Assembly: GCF_000011465.1 (NCBI RefSeq)
Contig: NC_005072.1
Span: 1,590,001-1,622,000, forward strand
Direction: 5' to 3'
DNA from: Prochlorococcus marinus subsp. pastoris str. CCMP1986
GTDB taxonomy: Bacteria; Cyanobacteriota; Cyanobacteriia; PCC-6307; Cyanobiaceae
Length of the DNA stretch: 32,000 nt
How positions within the stretch are numbered: position 1 is the first letter of the stretch; the number at the start of each line of letters is the position of its first letter. A program made the translations under genes and the position numbers. Of this stretch, positions 20,276 to 29,219 are shown piece by piece. A model generated the notes under the pieces. That model had not been told where the DNA came from. It saw only the letters and a program-made list of their open reading frames with translations, and made no database searches.

Positions 20276-20797
20276 AACGCTTTTTGGATTATCTTGATTT
20301 ACATTAATCTCATTGATTTTTTCAGAAGATCTTTGCCATCTATCAACTTTTAAATCTGAATCATCCGGCCATTCATCGAAAGAGTTTGATTTTCCATAAG
20401 GCAACTTCTTTTGTTCGTCCATCTGGATACTTTTAGGTTGCCTTAAAGATAAAGCCTCTAAAGGACGCTTAGAAAATGGTTTCTCAACATCAATAAATTT
20501 AGATCCTCTTGAAAAAGATTTAATATCTTGTGCCTCTTCATAACTATTTTCCTGATCAGACCAATCATCATCTTCTTCTTCAAAAAACATATCCATTTTA
20601 TCGGATACCCATCTTCCGACATTTTTAACATTCCTACGAGATATTACTTGAAAATCAGTACTTCTTTTTTTACCGGGTCTAGAACCTGATACACCATCAA
20701 CAAATTGTCTGCCTGTTTCAAAAATTTTATCAACTTGTTTATCAAGTATTGTTCTATCAAAATTATTTCTAAAGTTTCTAGGTCTGCGAGAATTCAT
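20228..20797 (-). CDS. Hypothetical Arg/Asp-rich, probably disordered protein; 189 aa
   Basis: Intact ORF filling the gap between neighbours, with a low-complexity charged composition (EEEDDDWSDQEN, SIPRSRRRRI). It overlaps the 3' end of the convergent gene. Confidence 0.6.
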   Translation of the reverse strand: MNSRRPRNFRNNFDRTILDKQVDKIFETGRQFVDGVSGSRPGKKRSTDFQVISRRNVKNVGRWVSDKMDMFFEEEDDDWSDQENSYEEAQDIKSFSRGSKFIDVEKPFSKRPLEALSLRQPKSIQMDEQKKLPYGKSNSFDEWPDDSDLKVDRWQRSSEKINEINVNQDNPKSVSNNGRSIPRSRRRRI

Positions 20798-20882
20798 AAA
20801 TTATCTTTGTTTTTAAATATCAAGTTACAACAACATAATAGGAAATTCTAAATAAAGAAACAAAATCACATTTTTCAAATTA

Positions 20883-21416
20883 TCAATCAAACAAAATTAG
20901 ACACTTTTTATTCCAGGATCCATTAAAGAACAAATTACAACATTTCTTACAAGCAATATTTTTAATTCTTTTTCTATACATATATTTCTCCCCACAATTT
21001 AAACATTTGCCTGTATATTTTAATGCCTTTCTTTCAACAGGAAAATTATGTCTAATGCTTATCTGAAAATTATTTTCTGCTTTGTTAATTTCATTCATTT
21101 TACTCAAAAAATTTGGTCCATGTATTTCATTAATATTCAAAATCCTATCTACCCATGCATGAATCATTTCATGACATAAAGTACTGTGAATTTCATTACA
21201 CGATAATTTACTTAAAATTGGCTTTGACAAAATTATTTCAGAATCAATTACTCCTTTAAGTTGTTTACGCTTATAAAAACCTGCAGTTGTCTTTAATCTA
21301 TTATCGCTCCATCTAACCTTTACTAAAGGTTCTCTATTAGTTGTTAAAGATTGATCAAAAAATTGCCTATTAAACTTATGAAATACTGGTAAAAGAGGAA
21401 TTAGAGACATTATCAA
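20883..21416 (-). CDS. SprT-like zinc metallopeptidase-family protein
   Basis: Zincin motif HEMIHAW (HExxH), downstream HGPNF, and a C-terminal four-Cys zinc ribbon CLNCGEKYMYRKRIKNIACKKC. Confidence 0.85.
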   Translation of the reverse strand: MIMSLIPLLPVFHKFNRQFFDQSLTTNREPLVKVRWSDNRLKTTAGFYKRKQLKGVIDSEIILSKPILSKLSCNEIHSTLCHEMIHAWVDRILNINEIHGPNFLSKMNEINKAENNFQISIRHNFPVERKALKYTGKCLNCGEKYMYRKRIKNIACKKCCNLFFNGSWNKKCLILFD

Positions 21417-21495
21417 TTAAATTTAGTATTATTTTGACAAAAAAAGTCATCAAAGACGATTTATTTTCTTAAAATTAAAGAAAACTAATTACAAA

Positions 21496-21915
21496 ATGGA
21501 TGCATTACTAGTTAAAGATATTGGTGTAAAAGCTTTATTGGTTGGTGGAGCAGTGCTTGTTTCTTTTTGGACCTTCAATGCTGTTAAACTTGTAATAAGC
21601 GCTAGGGGAATTAATCCATTAGTTCGGAAATTTTTTGATCAAGTAGCAGCAGGTAGAATTGACGCTGCATATGGACTAACTACTAAAACTTATAAAACAC
21701 ATGTAAAACGTCAAGACTTTTTAAAATTTTTAGCTGGCTTAAATTTAAATAAGTATAGAAATCTAAAGTCAGGTAGACCAAGAGTTCAAGAAGATCAAAT
21801 CATAATTACTTTAAATTTAAAATCTGAGGATAAGAAAGATGAGCTTCCCTTAGATTTTACTTTTTCAAAAAGTGATAAAGATTGGAAGATAGACAGAATA
21901 GCTAAAGTAAATTAG
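21496..21915 (+). CDS. Hypothetical membrane-anchored protein with an NTF2-like soluble domain (fold is tentative)
   Basis: N-terminal hydrophobic helix (VKALLVGGAVLVSFWTFNAVKLVI) followed by VRKFFDQVAAGRIDAAYGLTTKTYKTHVKRQDFLKFL...FTFSKSDKDWKIDRI, which resembles DUF4864/DUF4878-style domains. Confidence 0.6.
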   Translation: MDALLVKDIGVKALLVGGAVLVSFWTFNAVKLVISARGINPLVRKFFDQVAAGRIDAAYGLTTKTYKTHVKRQDFLKFLAGLNLNKYRNLKSGRPRVQEDQIIITLNLKSEDKKDELPLDFTFSKSDKDWKIDRIAKVN

Positions 21916-21932
21916 GAAAGGTTCAAAAACTT

Positions 21933-23264
21933 GTGAAACATGAAGAACTTCGGAAAGAAGAAATAATAAAAAAATTAGAATTACACCCAAGCAGACTAGA
22001 TAAAGAAAAAGTCATTTTTGAAGCAATGGAAAATGGGTTGAATGATTTTTTTGAGGGAATAACTATGGCTTTAGATCCTTTAGTAACTTTTGGTGTAAAG
22101 CAAGTACCTGAAAAAAAAGAAGAAACATCTGGTCAAGGATGTAAATGGAGTATTTTTAAAGTATTAACTAATCAATTAATCAAAAGAGAACTTACTGGGC
22201 ATGCCGCTAGAAATGCGATCAATTTAGTTATGAAATCTGCAACTAAAGAACAATGGAACGGATTTTATAGACGAGTATTGATTAAAGATCTTCGTTGTGG
22301 GGTTTCTGAAAAAACAATAAACAAAGTTGCAAAAAAATTTCCAAGGTATTCTATACCTATCTTCTCATGTCCCCTTGCACATGACAGCGCAAACCATGAA
22401 AAGAAAATGATAGGAAAGAAACAAATTGAGATTAAATTAGACGGAGTCAGAGTATTAACAATTATTAGAAAAAATAAAGTAGAAATGTTTTCTCGAAACG
22501 GAAAACAATTTAATAACTTTGGTCATATCATTACAGAAATAGAAAAAGTATTAGAGAAACATCCTGCCCCCTACGATTTAGTCTTAGACGGTGAAGTAAT
22601 GAGTGCTAATTTTCAAGACCTAATGAAGCAAGTACATAGAAAAGATGGCAAACAATCCAAAGATGCAGTTTTACACTTATTTGATTTATGTCCAATTAAA
22701 GATTTCAAGAAGGGTTTATGGGAAAAAGATCAAGCTACTAGAAGTATGTTGGTAAAAGATTGGGTAGCAAAAAATGCAACTCTTTTAAAACATGTCCAAA
22801 CACTTGAATGGGAAAATGTGGATTTAGATACTCCTGAAGGACAAAGTAGATTTGTAGAACTTAACAAATCAGCGGTAGAGGGAGGATATGAAGGCGTGAT
22901 GATTAAAAATCCTCATGGGTGGTATGAATGCAAGAGAACACACAATTGGTTAAAAGCAAAACCATTCATAGAAGTTACCTTAAGAGTTGTAGCAATAGAA
23001 GAAGGGACAGGCAGAAACGAAGGCAGACTTGGAGCAATCCTGGTTGAAGGTAAAGATGATCAATATAATTATCGTCTTAATTGCGGAAGTGGATTTAGTG
23101 ATTCTCAACGTGAAGAATATTGGAGTAAAAAAGATAAACTAATCGGCCAATTGGTAGAAATCAGAGCTGATGCAAGAACTCAATCTCAAGATGCTGAAAC
23201 ATTCAGTCTTAGGTTCCCAAGATTCAAGTGCTTTAGAGGTTTCGAACCAGGTGAAAAAATATAA
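21933..23264 (+). CDS. ATP-dependent DNA ligase, phage-T4-like; GTG start
   Basis: Motif I K-L-D-G (EIKLDGVRVL, nucleophile lysine codon at 22434-22436, residue about 168), motif III-like LVLDGEVMS, motif IV EGVMIKNP, motif V WLKAKPF, and an OB-fold tail. The N-terminal LTGHAARNAINLVMKSATKEQWNGFYRRVLIKDLRCGVSEKTINKV resembles the T4 gp30 N-terminal domain. Confidence 0.93.
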   Translation: MKHEELRKEEIIKKLELHPSRLDKEKVIFEAMENGLNDFFEGITMALDPLVTFGVKQVPEKKEETSGQGCKWSIFKVLTNQLIKRELTGHAARNAINLVMKSATKEQWNGFYRRVLIKDLRCGVSEKTINKVAKKFPRYSIPIFSCPLAHDSANHEKKMIGKKQIEIKLDGVRVLTIIRKNKVEMFSRNGKQFNNFGHIITEIEKVLEKHPAPYDLVLDGEVMSANFQDLMKQVHRKDGKQSKDAVLHLFDLCPIKDFKKGLWEKDQATRSMLVKDWVAKNATLLKHVQTLEWENVDLDTPEGQSRFVELNKSAVEGGYEGVMIKNPHGWYECKRTHNWLKAKPFIEVTLRVVAIEEGTGRNEGRLGAILVEGKDDQYNYRLNCGSGFSDSQREEYWSKKDKLIGQLVEIRADARTQSQDAETFSLRFPRFKCFRGFEPGEKI

Positions 23265-23392
23265 TTTCAAGGGAATTAGTTTCATAGCAGTAAATATTTA
23301 AGCTGGCAGTAAATTATGAAAAACTAAAAAAGTAGATAATGAAATACACTATGTAATGATTAATAAATTACTACCTAAAGATATTGATTTTT

Positions 23393-23545
23393 ATGGATAA
23401 CAACAATCTTTTCAAATATATTAAAACCCCTTGCGGTCAATCAAAATATATTGAATTACAATCTAATAAAAGTTTGCTTGGAAAATTAAGACTTTTTTGG
23501 TTTGTAATTATTGCTTCTATAAGAGATTGGAATATTAGAGACTAA
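23393..23545 (+). CDS. Candidate small protein, 50 aa, not in the supplied ORF track
   Basis: ATG...TAA: MDNNNLFKYIKTPCGQSKYIELQSNKSLLGKLRLFWFVIIASIRDWNIRD. It has a hydrophobic stretch (LRLFWFVIIASI) and lies in an otherwise unexplained ~270-bp gap. Confidence 0.35.
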   Translation: MDNNNLFKYIKTPCGQSKYIELQSNKSLLGKLRLFWFVIIASIRDWNIRD

Positions 23546-24146
23546 TTTCTTTTGACTCATTAATATATTCTTTAGCGTACTTTGCTGAAAAATAAACAAC
23601 CAACAAAGTAGAAACCACACTTATAATTGTTATAAATAAATTATTTGTTGGCTGTAAATTTTTTAATTCCTGCAAGCTTTTTGCCAAGCTGCCTATAGAA
23701 CAATAAAGAAATGTTCCAGGAATGATTCCTAAAAGACCAAGAGCAAAGTTTCTAAATTTAATATTATTTAACCCATAAAAATAATTAAGAATACTAAAAG
23801 GGAAGAGGGGAGAAAGTCGTGCTAAGAGGATTAATTTAAGACCACCTTTTTGCACTACTTGTTCCATAAGACTTAATCTGGGAAAACGATTAATAACTTT
23901 TTTAAGCTTTATTGATAAAAAACTTTTTGAAATAAAGAATGCTCCTGAAGCTCCAATAACTGCCGCAAAAAAAACTATAATTGAACCGAGATAAGAACCA
24001 TATAAAAAACCAGATAATAAAGATAACCAAGAGGCAGGAAGAATTAATAAAACAATTAAAATATATAAAAGGATGAAAGCAAAAATGCCAATATTTGTAT
24101 TAAAAAAATAGGCTAAGTTATAGATATTTTCAAAAATAAGAGTCAT
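23535..24146 (-). CDS. TVP38/TMEM64 (SNARE-associated/DedA-like) membrane protein
   Basis: Multiple TM segments with GFLYGSYLGSIIVFFAAVIGASGAFFISKSFL, LARLSPLFPFSILNYFYGLNNIKFRNFALGLLGIIPGTFLYCSIGS. Confidence 0.87.
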   Translation of the reverse strand: MTLIFENIYNLAYFFNTNIGIFAFILLYILIVLLILPASWLSLLSGFLYGSYLGSIIVFFAAVIGASGAFFISKSFLSIKLKKVINRFPRLSLMEQVVQKGGLKLILLARLSPLFPFSILNYFYGLNNIKFRNFALGLLGIIPGTFLYCSIGSLAKSLQELKNLQPTNNLFITIISVVSTLLVVYFSAKYAKEYINESKEISL

Positions 24147-24147
24147 A

Positions 24148-26910
24148 TCATTTTAATAATTTAAGTTTTTTATTTATTATTTCCGATTGCAAATTTCCTT
24201 CCTTCAACTTGGCAAAACATTCATCAACAATCTCTTTAGGAGCTTTGTCTATAAAGTTTTTGTTAGATATTCTCTTATTTAATGTTTCTATATCTGAATT
24301 AACTTTTTTCAGGTCCTTGGTAAGTCTATCCTTCAAAGCTTCCAGATTTACAAAATCATTAAAGGGTAAATAGACTTCTAAATCACCAATAATTCCAGAA
24401 AAGGATTGAGCAAAATTATTTTTATCGATATCCTTAGATTTACAAATAATAACTTCAGATGACTTAGTAAAAGTTTTAATATCAACTATTAAAGTTTTCA
24501 AGAAGTTAGTTAATTCAACATTATCTGAAATTAAGTAGACAGGAACCAGTTGAGATGGCTTAAGTCCTAACTCAACCCTAAGATTTCTAATCAATCTAAT
24601 TATTTCAAAGAGCTCATGAAAGGATTTATCTATTTGAGAATTTATATATTTTTTTTCTAATACAGGCCATTTCTGAAGAGATAACAAAATTTGTTCAGGT
24701 TTAATTTGCAATTTATGCCAAAGTTCTTCAGTGATATGCGGCATAAAGGGATGCATCATAACCAACACATCAGTTAGTACTTTGATTAATATTTTTTCAG
24801 ATATTTTTCTGTTATGGGTTTCTTTATTATTAAATTTTTGTTTTGCAAATTCAACATACCAATCACAAAAGTCATTCCATGCAAATTCATATAATAATTT
24901 TGCAGATTCGCCTAATTTATATTCAATTAAAAGATTAGATACTTTTGTATTCAACTGATTTAATTTTGATAAAATCCACTTATCAGATAATTCTAAATTT
25001 TTTTCATCACTCTCATTTAAAGAACAGTTTTCAGAAAAAGTTTTATTTATTAAAACAAATTTAGTAGCATTCCAAAGTTTATTTGCAAAATTCCTTGATG
25101 CTTCAACTGTTGAAGAAGTATTTTCTTTCCTATCATAATCAAGCCTTATATCCTGACCAGCGCCAGCGACTTCACGAAGTAAAGCAAATCGCAAAGCATC
25201 AGAACCATATTTATCAATCAAAAGCAAAGGATCAATTCCGTTACCTGAACTTTTACTCATTTTTTTATTATTTTCATCTCGAACTAAACCATGAATATAA
25301 ACATCTTTAAATGGAATATTATTCGTAAAAGTTTTCCCCATCATTGTCATTCTTGCAACCCAAAAGAAAATAATATCGAAACCAGTAATTAAAACACTAT
25401 TTGGATACCATTTTTTAAAATCTGCATCATTGATATTAGGCCACCCCAATGTAGAAAAAGGCCATAAACCACTTGAAAACCAAGTATCTAAAACGTCCTT
25501 ATCACGTATAAGTTGCAAATTAGACCCAAATTCTTTAGTAGCTTTGCTTAATGCTTCTTTCTCATTTCTGGCGACAACATATGGAGTATTTTGATCTATT
25601 GAGTCTTCTGATTGTTTTAATACATACCATGCAGGAATTTGATGTCCCCACCATAATTGTCTACTAATACACCAATCATTGATATTATCTAGCCAATCTT
25701 TATAAACTTTCTCCCAACGCTGAGGAATAAAGGTAGGCTTTTTAGAATCAAGTTCTTTTAGACAACTTGAAGAAATATTGTCCATTTTCAAAAACCACTG
25801 GGTTGACAATAATGGCTCAATTGGCACTTTACCTCTATCAGAAAAAGGTACTGTATTTTTATAGTTTTCTATTTTAGTTAATAAACCTAAAGTATCTAAT
25901 TCCTTTATGATTTTTTTTCTAGCATCAAATCTATCTAAATCCTGAAACTTTCCTGCATTAATATTAAGAGTTCCATCTTTATTCATTATATTGATTTGCT
26001 TTAAATTATTCCTTTTGCCGATAGCAAAATCATTAGGATCATGAGCTGGGGTAACCTTTACACAACCTGTACCAAAATCCTTATCAACATGTATGTCAGA
26101 TATAACAGGTATTTCTCTATCAACAAAAGGTACTTTCACTTTTTTATCAATATATTTTTTATATCTTTCATCGTTTGGATTTACAGCTAAAGCGGTATCT
26201 CCCAATAAGGTTTCAGGTCGAGTTGTTGCGACCTCTAAATATTTATCTAAGATTTGACCCTGATCAGAAATTAGTGGATATTTAAAATGCCATAAGTATC
26301 CATTAACCTCCTGCATTTCAACTTCAAGATCACTAACTGCTGATTGAGATGCTGGACACCAATTAACTAAATATTCACCTCTATAAATTAGTTTTTTCTC
26401 ATGCAAAATATTAAATGCTTCAACAACTGCTTCATTCAATTTTTCATCTAAAGTAAATCGTTCCCTTTCCCAGTCTACGGAATACCCAATCCTCTTTAAT
26501 TGGGATATTATTTTACCCCCACTTTGCTCTTTCCAAATCCATGCTCTTTTTAAAAATTCCTCTCTGCCAATATCTTCGCTATTTTTACCCTCAGTTTTTA
26601 ATTGTTTTTCAAGAATAGTTTGAACGGCTATTGAAGCATGATCGGTACCAGGTAAACATAAAACATTTTTACCAAGAAGTCTTTGAAATCGAATAATCAC
26701 GTCTATCAATGCAGTATTGAAAGCATGGCCCATATGCAAAGACCCTGTTACATTTGGCGGCGGAATAACTATACAAAAAGGATCCCCGTTATCACTAGGA
26801 TTAGGACTAAATGCTCTTAAACTATCCCATCGCTTTTGCCATTTTTGTTCTACCTGTGAAGGCAGATAATTATTTAATGTAAGTTCATCATTCGACTCAT
26901 TCATTTGCAA
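24148..26910 (-). CDS. valS: Valyl-tRNA synthetase
   Basis: PPPNVTGSLHMGHAFNTALIDVIIRFQRLLGKNVLCLPGTDHASIA (HMGH), KMSKSSGNGIDPL (KMSKS) and a C-terminal coiled coil. Confidence 0.98.
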   Translation of the reverse strand: MQMNESNDELTLNNYLPSQVEQKWQKRWDSLRAFSPNPSDNGDPFCIVIPPPNVTGSLHMGHAFNTALIDVIIRFQRLLGKNVLCLPGTDHASIAVQTILEKQLKTEGKNSEDIGREEFLKRAWIWKEQSGGKIISQLKRIGYSVDWERERFTLDEKLNEAVVEAFNILHEKKLIYRGEYLVNWCPASQSAVSDLEVEMQEVNGYLWHFKYPLISDQGQILDKYLEVATTRPETLLGDTALAVNPNDERYKKYIDKKVKVPFVDREIPVISDIHVDKDFGTGCVKVTPAHDPNDFAIGKRNNLKQINIMNKDGTLNINAGKFQDLDRFDARKKIIKELDTLGLLTKIENYKNTVPFSDRGKVPIEPLLSTQWFLKMDNISSSCLKELDSKKPTFIPQRWEKVYKDWLDNINDWCISRQLWWGHQIPAWYVLKQSEDSIDQNTPYVVARNEKEALSKATKEFGSNLQLIRDKDVLDTWFSSGLWPFSTLGWPNINDADFKKWYPNSVLITGFDIIFFWVARMTMMGKTFTNNIPFKDVYIHGLVRDENNKKMSKSSGNGIDPLLLIDKYGSDALRFALLREVAGAGQDIRLDYDRKENTSSTVEASRNFANKLWNATKFVLINKTFSENCSLNESDEKNLELSDKWILSKLNQLNTKVSNLLIEYKLGESAKLLYEFAWNDFCDWYVEFAKQKFNNKETHNRKISEKILIKVLTDVLVMMHPFMPHITEELWHKLQIKPEQILLSLQKWPVLEKKYINSQIDKSFHELFEIIRLIRNLRVELGLKPSQLVPVYLISDNVELTNFLKTLIVDIKTFTKSSEVIICKSKDIDKNNFAQSFSGIIGDLEVYLPFNDFVNLEALKDRLTKDLKKVNSDIETLNKRISNKNFIDKAPKEIVDECFAKLKEGNLQSEIINKKLKLLK

Positions 26911-26996
26911 TAGTTATTTCATTAGCTTTTTACTTATTTTATATTGATAGGAGCAAATAATAATAAAAAATATCAGTTTGCAAAATATATGTAAAA

Positions 26997-27329
26997 CTAC
27001 AAGAGTTTAAAACCAGAACCACAAGCACACCTCTTGGCATTTTTAGGAGTTGAGATAAGAAAACCTCCACCACTTAAATCACTGTAATAATCAAGTTTTA
27101 AATCTTTTAACAAGGAGAACTTTTTAGTATCAGCATATAAAGTTATGCCTTCAGTTCTGGATATTGGAGATCCATTAAATGTACCTGGTTTTAATTTAAT
27201 ATGCATCCAACCTTCTTCATCACTAATTAAAGCAATGGACATTTCACCCGGCGATCCTCCAAAAGATGCTTGCCTTGAAAGCTCTGATGCTGCAGTTTGA
27301 CTGATTGAAAGATTAACGATCTCAGTCAT
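26997..27329 (-). CDS. HesB/IscA/SufA-family iron-sulfur assembly protein
   Basis: ISQTAASELSRQ, GGGFLISTPKNAKRCACGSGF; C-terminal CxCGxxF motif. Confidence 0.85.
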   Translation of the reverse strand: MTEIVNLSISQTAASELSRQASFGGSPGEMSIALISDEEGWMHIKLKPGTFNGSPISRTEGITLYADTKKFSLLKDLKLDYYSDLSGGGFLISTPKNAKRCACGSGFKLL

Positions 27330-27345
27330 TGTTATAAAAAGAAAA

Positions 27346-27417
<72 letters not shown>

Positions 27418-27515
27418 TATAATTATCCATTCTAGTAGATGAAGTTGAAAATTTTATAATTAGTCTTTAAAAATTTCATGATTAAGTCAAAATTGAATAA
27501 ATAAGATACAGTTTT

Positions 27516-28370
27516 ATGAACTTAAACAATGGATATAACAATCAGAAAGATAGTGATCAAAACACTTTAGAGAGTTTCAAGATTTTAATATCAAATATTA
27601 AATATTTAAAAGATAAAACATGGGGCTGCCCATGGCAAAAAATACAGTCACATAAATCCTTGATCCCATTTTTAAATGAAGAAAGTAGTGAATTGATTGA
27701 TGCAATATATGAAAAAAACGCGAATAATATTTGTGAAGAATTAGGGGATCTCCTATTACAAATAATGCTTCATTCGGAAATTGGCTTTGAAGAAAAAGAA
27801 TTTGAATTAAAAGATGTTATTGAAAATTTAAATAAAAAAATTATTAATAGACATCCCTATATTTTTAAAAAAAAAGAAAAAGTATCATTAAAAAAGTCAC
27901 AAGAAATTTGGAGAAATATTAAAAATTCTGAAAATAAGACGTTCTATAAGAAATCATCAATTAGTAGACAATTAAATTCAAAAGTAAAAAGTTTACCTGC
28001 TACTATAGGTTCAAACCAGATTACTAATACTGTTAAAGAATACGGTTTTAAATGGGAAAGTAGTAATAAGATTTTTGATAAATTAGATGAAGAAATATGC
28101 GAATTAAAAGAAGCAATAAAAAGTAAAAAGGCACATGAAATCAAAGATGAATTTGGAGATGTTTACTTTACTTTGATAAGTCTTTCAAACTTTCTAAAAA
28201 TAAATCCAGAATCATCTCTTCAAAAAACTAATAAAAAATTTTTAGACAGATTTGCAATAATGGAAGATCAGGTAGGAGATAATATTAGAAAACAAAACCC
28301 AAAAGATTTTCAGCGGCTTTGGGAAGTTGCTAAAAAAACACTAATGAGAGAAAAATTGAAAAAAAAATGA
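27516..28370 (+). CDS. mazG: Nucleoside triphosphate pyrophosphohydrolase, two MazG domains
   Basis: GCPWQKIQSHKSLIPFLNEESSELIDAIYEKNANNICEELGDLLLQIMLH and a second copy DKLDEEICELKEAIKSKKAHEIKDEFGDVYFTLISLSNFL. Confidence 0.92.
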   Translation: MNLNNGYNNQKDSDQNTLESFKILISNIKYLKDKTWGCPWQKIQSHKSLIPFLNEESSELIDAIYEKNANNICEELGDLLLQIMLHSEIGFEEKEFELKDVIENLNKKIINRHPYIFKKKEKVSLKKSQEIWRNIKNSENKTFYKKSSISRQLNSKVKSLPATIGSNQITNTVKEYGFKWESSNKIFDKLDEEICELKEAIKSKKAHEIKDEFGDVYFTLISLSNFLKINPESSLQKTNKKFLDRFAIMEDQVGDNIRKQNPKDFQRLWEVAKKTLMREKLKKK

Positions 28371-29218
28371 AAGATATGCCAACTTGGATAGATGAGTACC
28401 ACAAAGGCTCAAGATTTGGACTTAATGGGAAAGTATTACTTAAAAAAAATTCTAAATATCAAGAAATTCTCATTATAGAGACTGATTTTTATGGTAAAGC
28501 TTTAATGTTAGATGGATGTTGGATGACGTCAGTGAGAGACGAAAAATATTATCATGAATGTCTTGTCCATCCAGCGTTAAGTAGCATTGATAAGAAATCT
28601 CACATACTGATTATTGGAGGAGGTGATGGTGGAACTGCAAGAGAATGCTTAAAATACTCTCAAGTTTCAAAAATTGATTTGGTAGAAATTGATGAAGAAG
28701 TCATCAAAGTATCTAAAACATTTTTAAAAGAAATTGGAGGTGGAGCGTGGAGTGATAAAAGATTAGCTATTCATATTGATGATGGAGTTAAATGGGTGGA
28801 AACAACTAAAGATAATTCTTATGATGTTATTTTTATAGATTGTTCAGATCCATCAGAATTTTCTAATTTATTATTCACAGATTCCTTTTATAAAGAATGT
28901 AAAAGAATACTCACGAAAAAGGGAATATTAGCGACTCAAAGCGAATCACCTGAATCATTCGAAAATATTCATATACATATTTTGAAATCACTCAATAAAA
29001 TATTCAAATTATCTGAAACTATGTATTCATTTGTGCCAATATATCCAAGTGGTATTTGGAGTTGGACATTCGCTTCGGATGAAGAATTAAATTTATCAAA
29101 AGTCAATTACAAAGAAGTCATGGAAATAGAAAATAATTGTGATGTTTGGAATTTAAATTTTCAAAATGCTGCATTCAAAATGATGCCAAATAAAATTGTA
29201 AAAAAACTCAATTCGTAA
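28367..29218 (+). CDS. speE: Spermidine synthase (polyamine aminopropyltransferase)
   Basis: MLDGCWMTSVRDEKYYHECLVHPAL, ILIIGGGDGGTARECLKY, VDLVEIDEEV, VIFIDCSDPSEFSNLLFTDSFY. Four-base overlap with the mazG stop. Confidence 0.96.
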   Translation: MKDMPTWIDEYHKGSRFGLNGKVLLKKNSKYQEILIIETDFYGKALMLDGCWMTSVRDEKYYHECLVHPALSSIDKKSHILIIGGGDGGTARECLKYSQVSKIDLVEIDEEVIKVSKTFLKEIGGGAWSDKRLAIHIDDGVKWVETTKDNSYDVIFIDCSDPSEFSNLLFTDSFYKECKRILTKKGILATQSESPESFENIHIHILKSLNKIFKLSETMYSFVPIYPSGIWSWTFASDEELNLSKVNYKEVMEIENNCDVWNLNFQNAAFKMMPNKIVKKLNS

Positions 29219-29219
29219 A

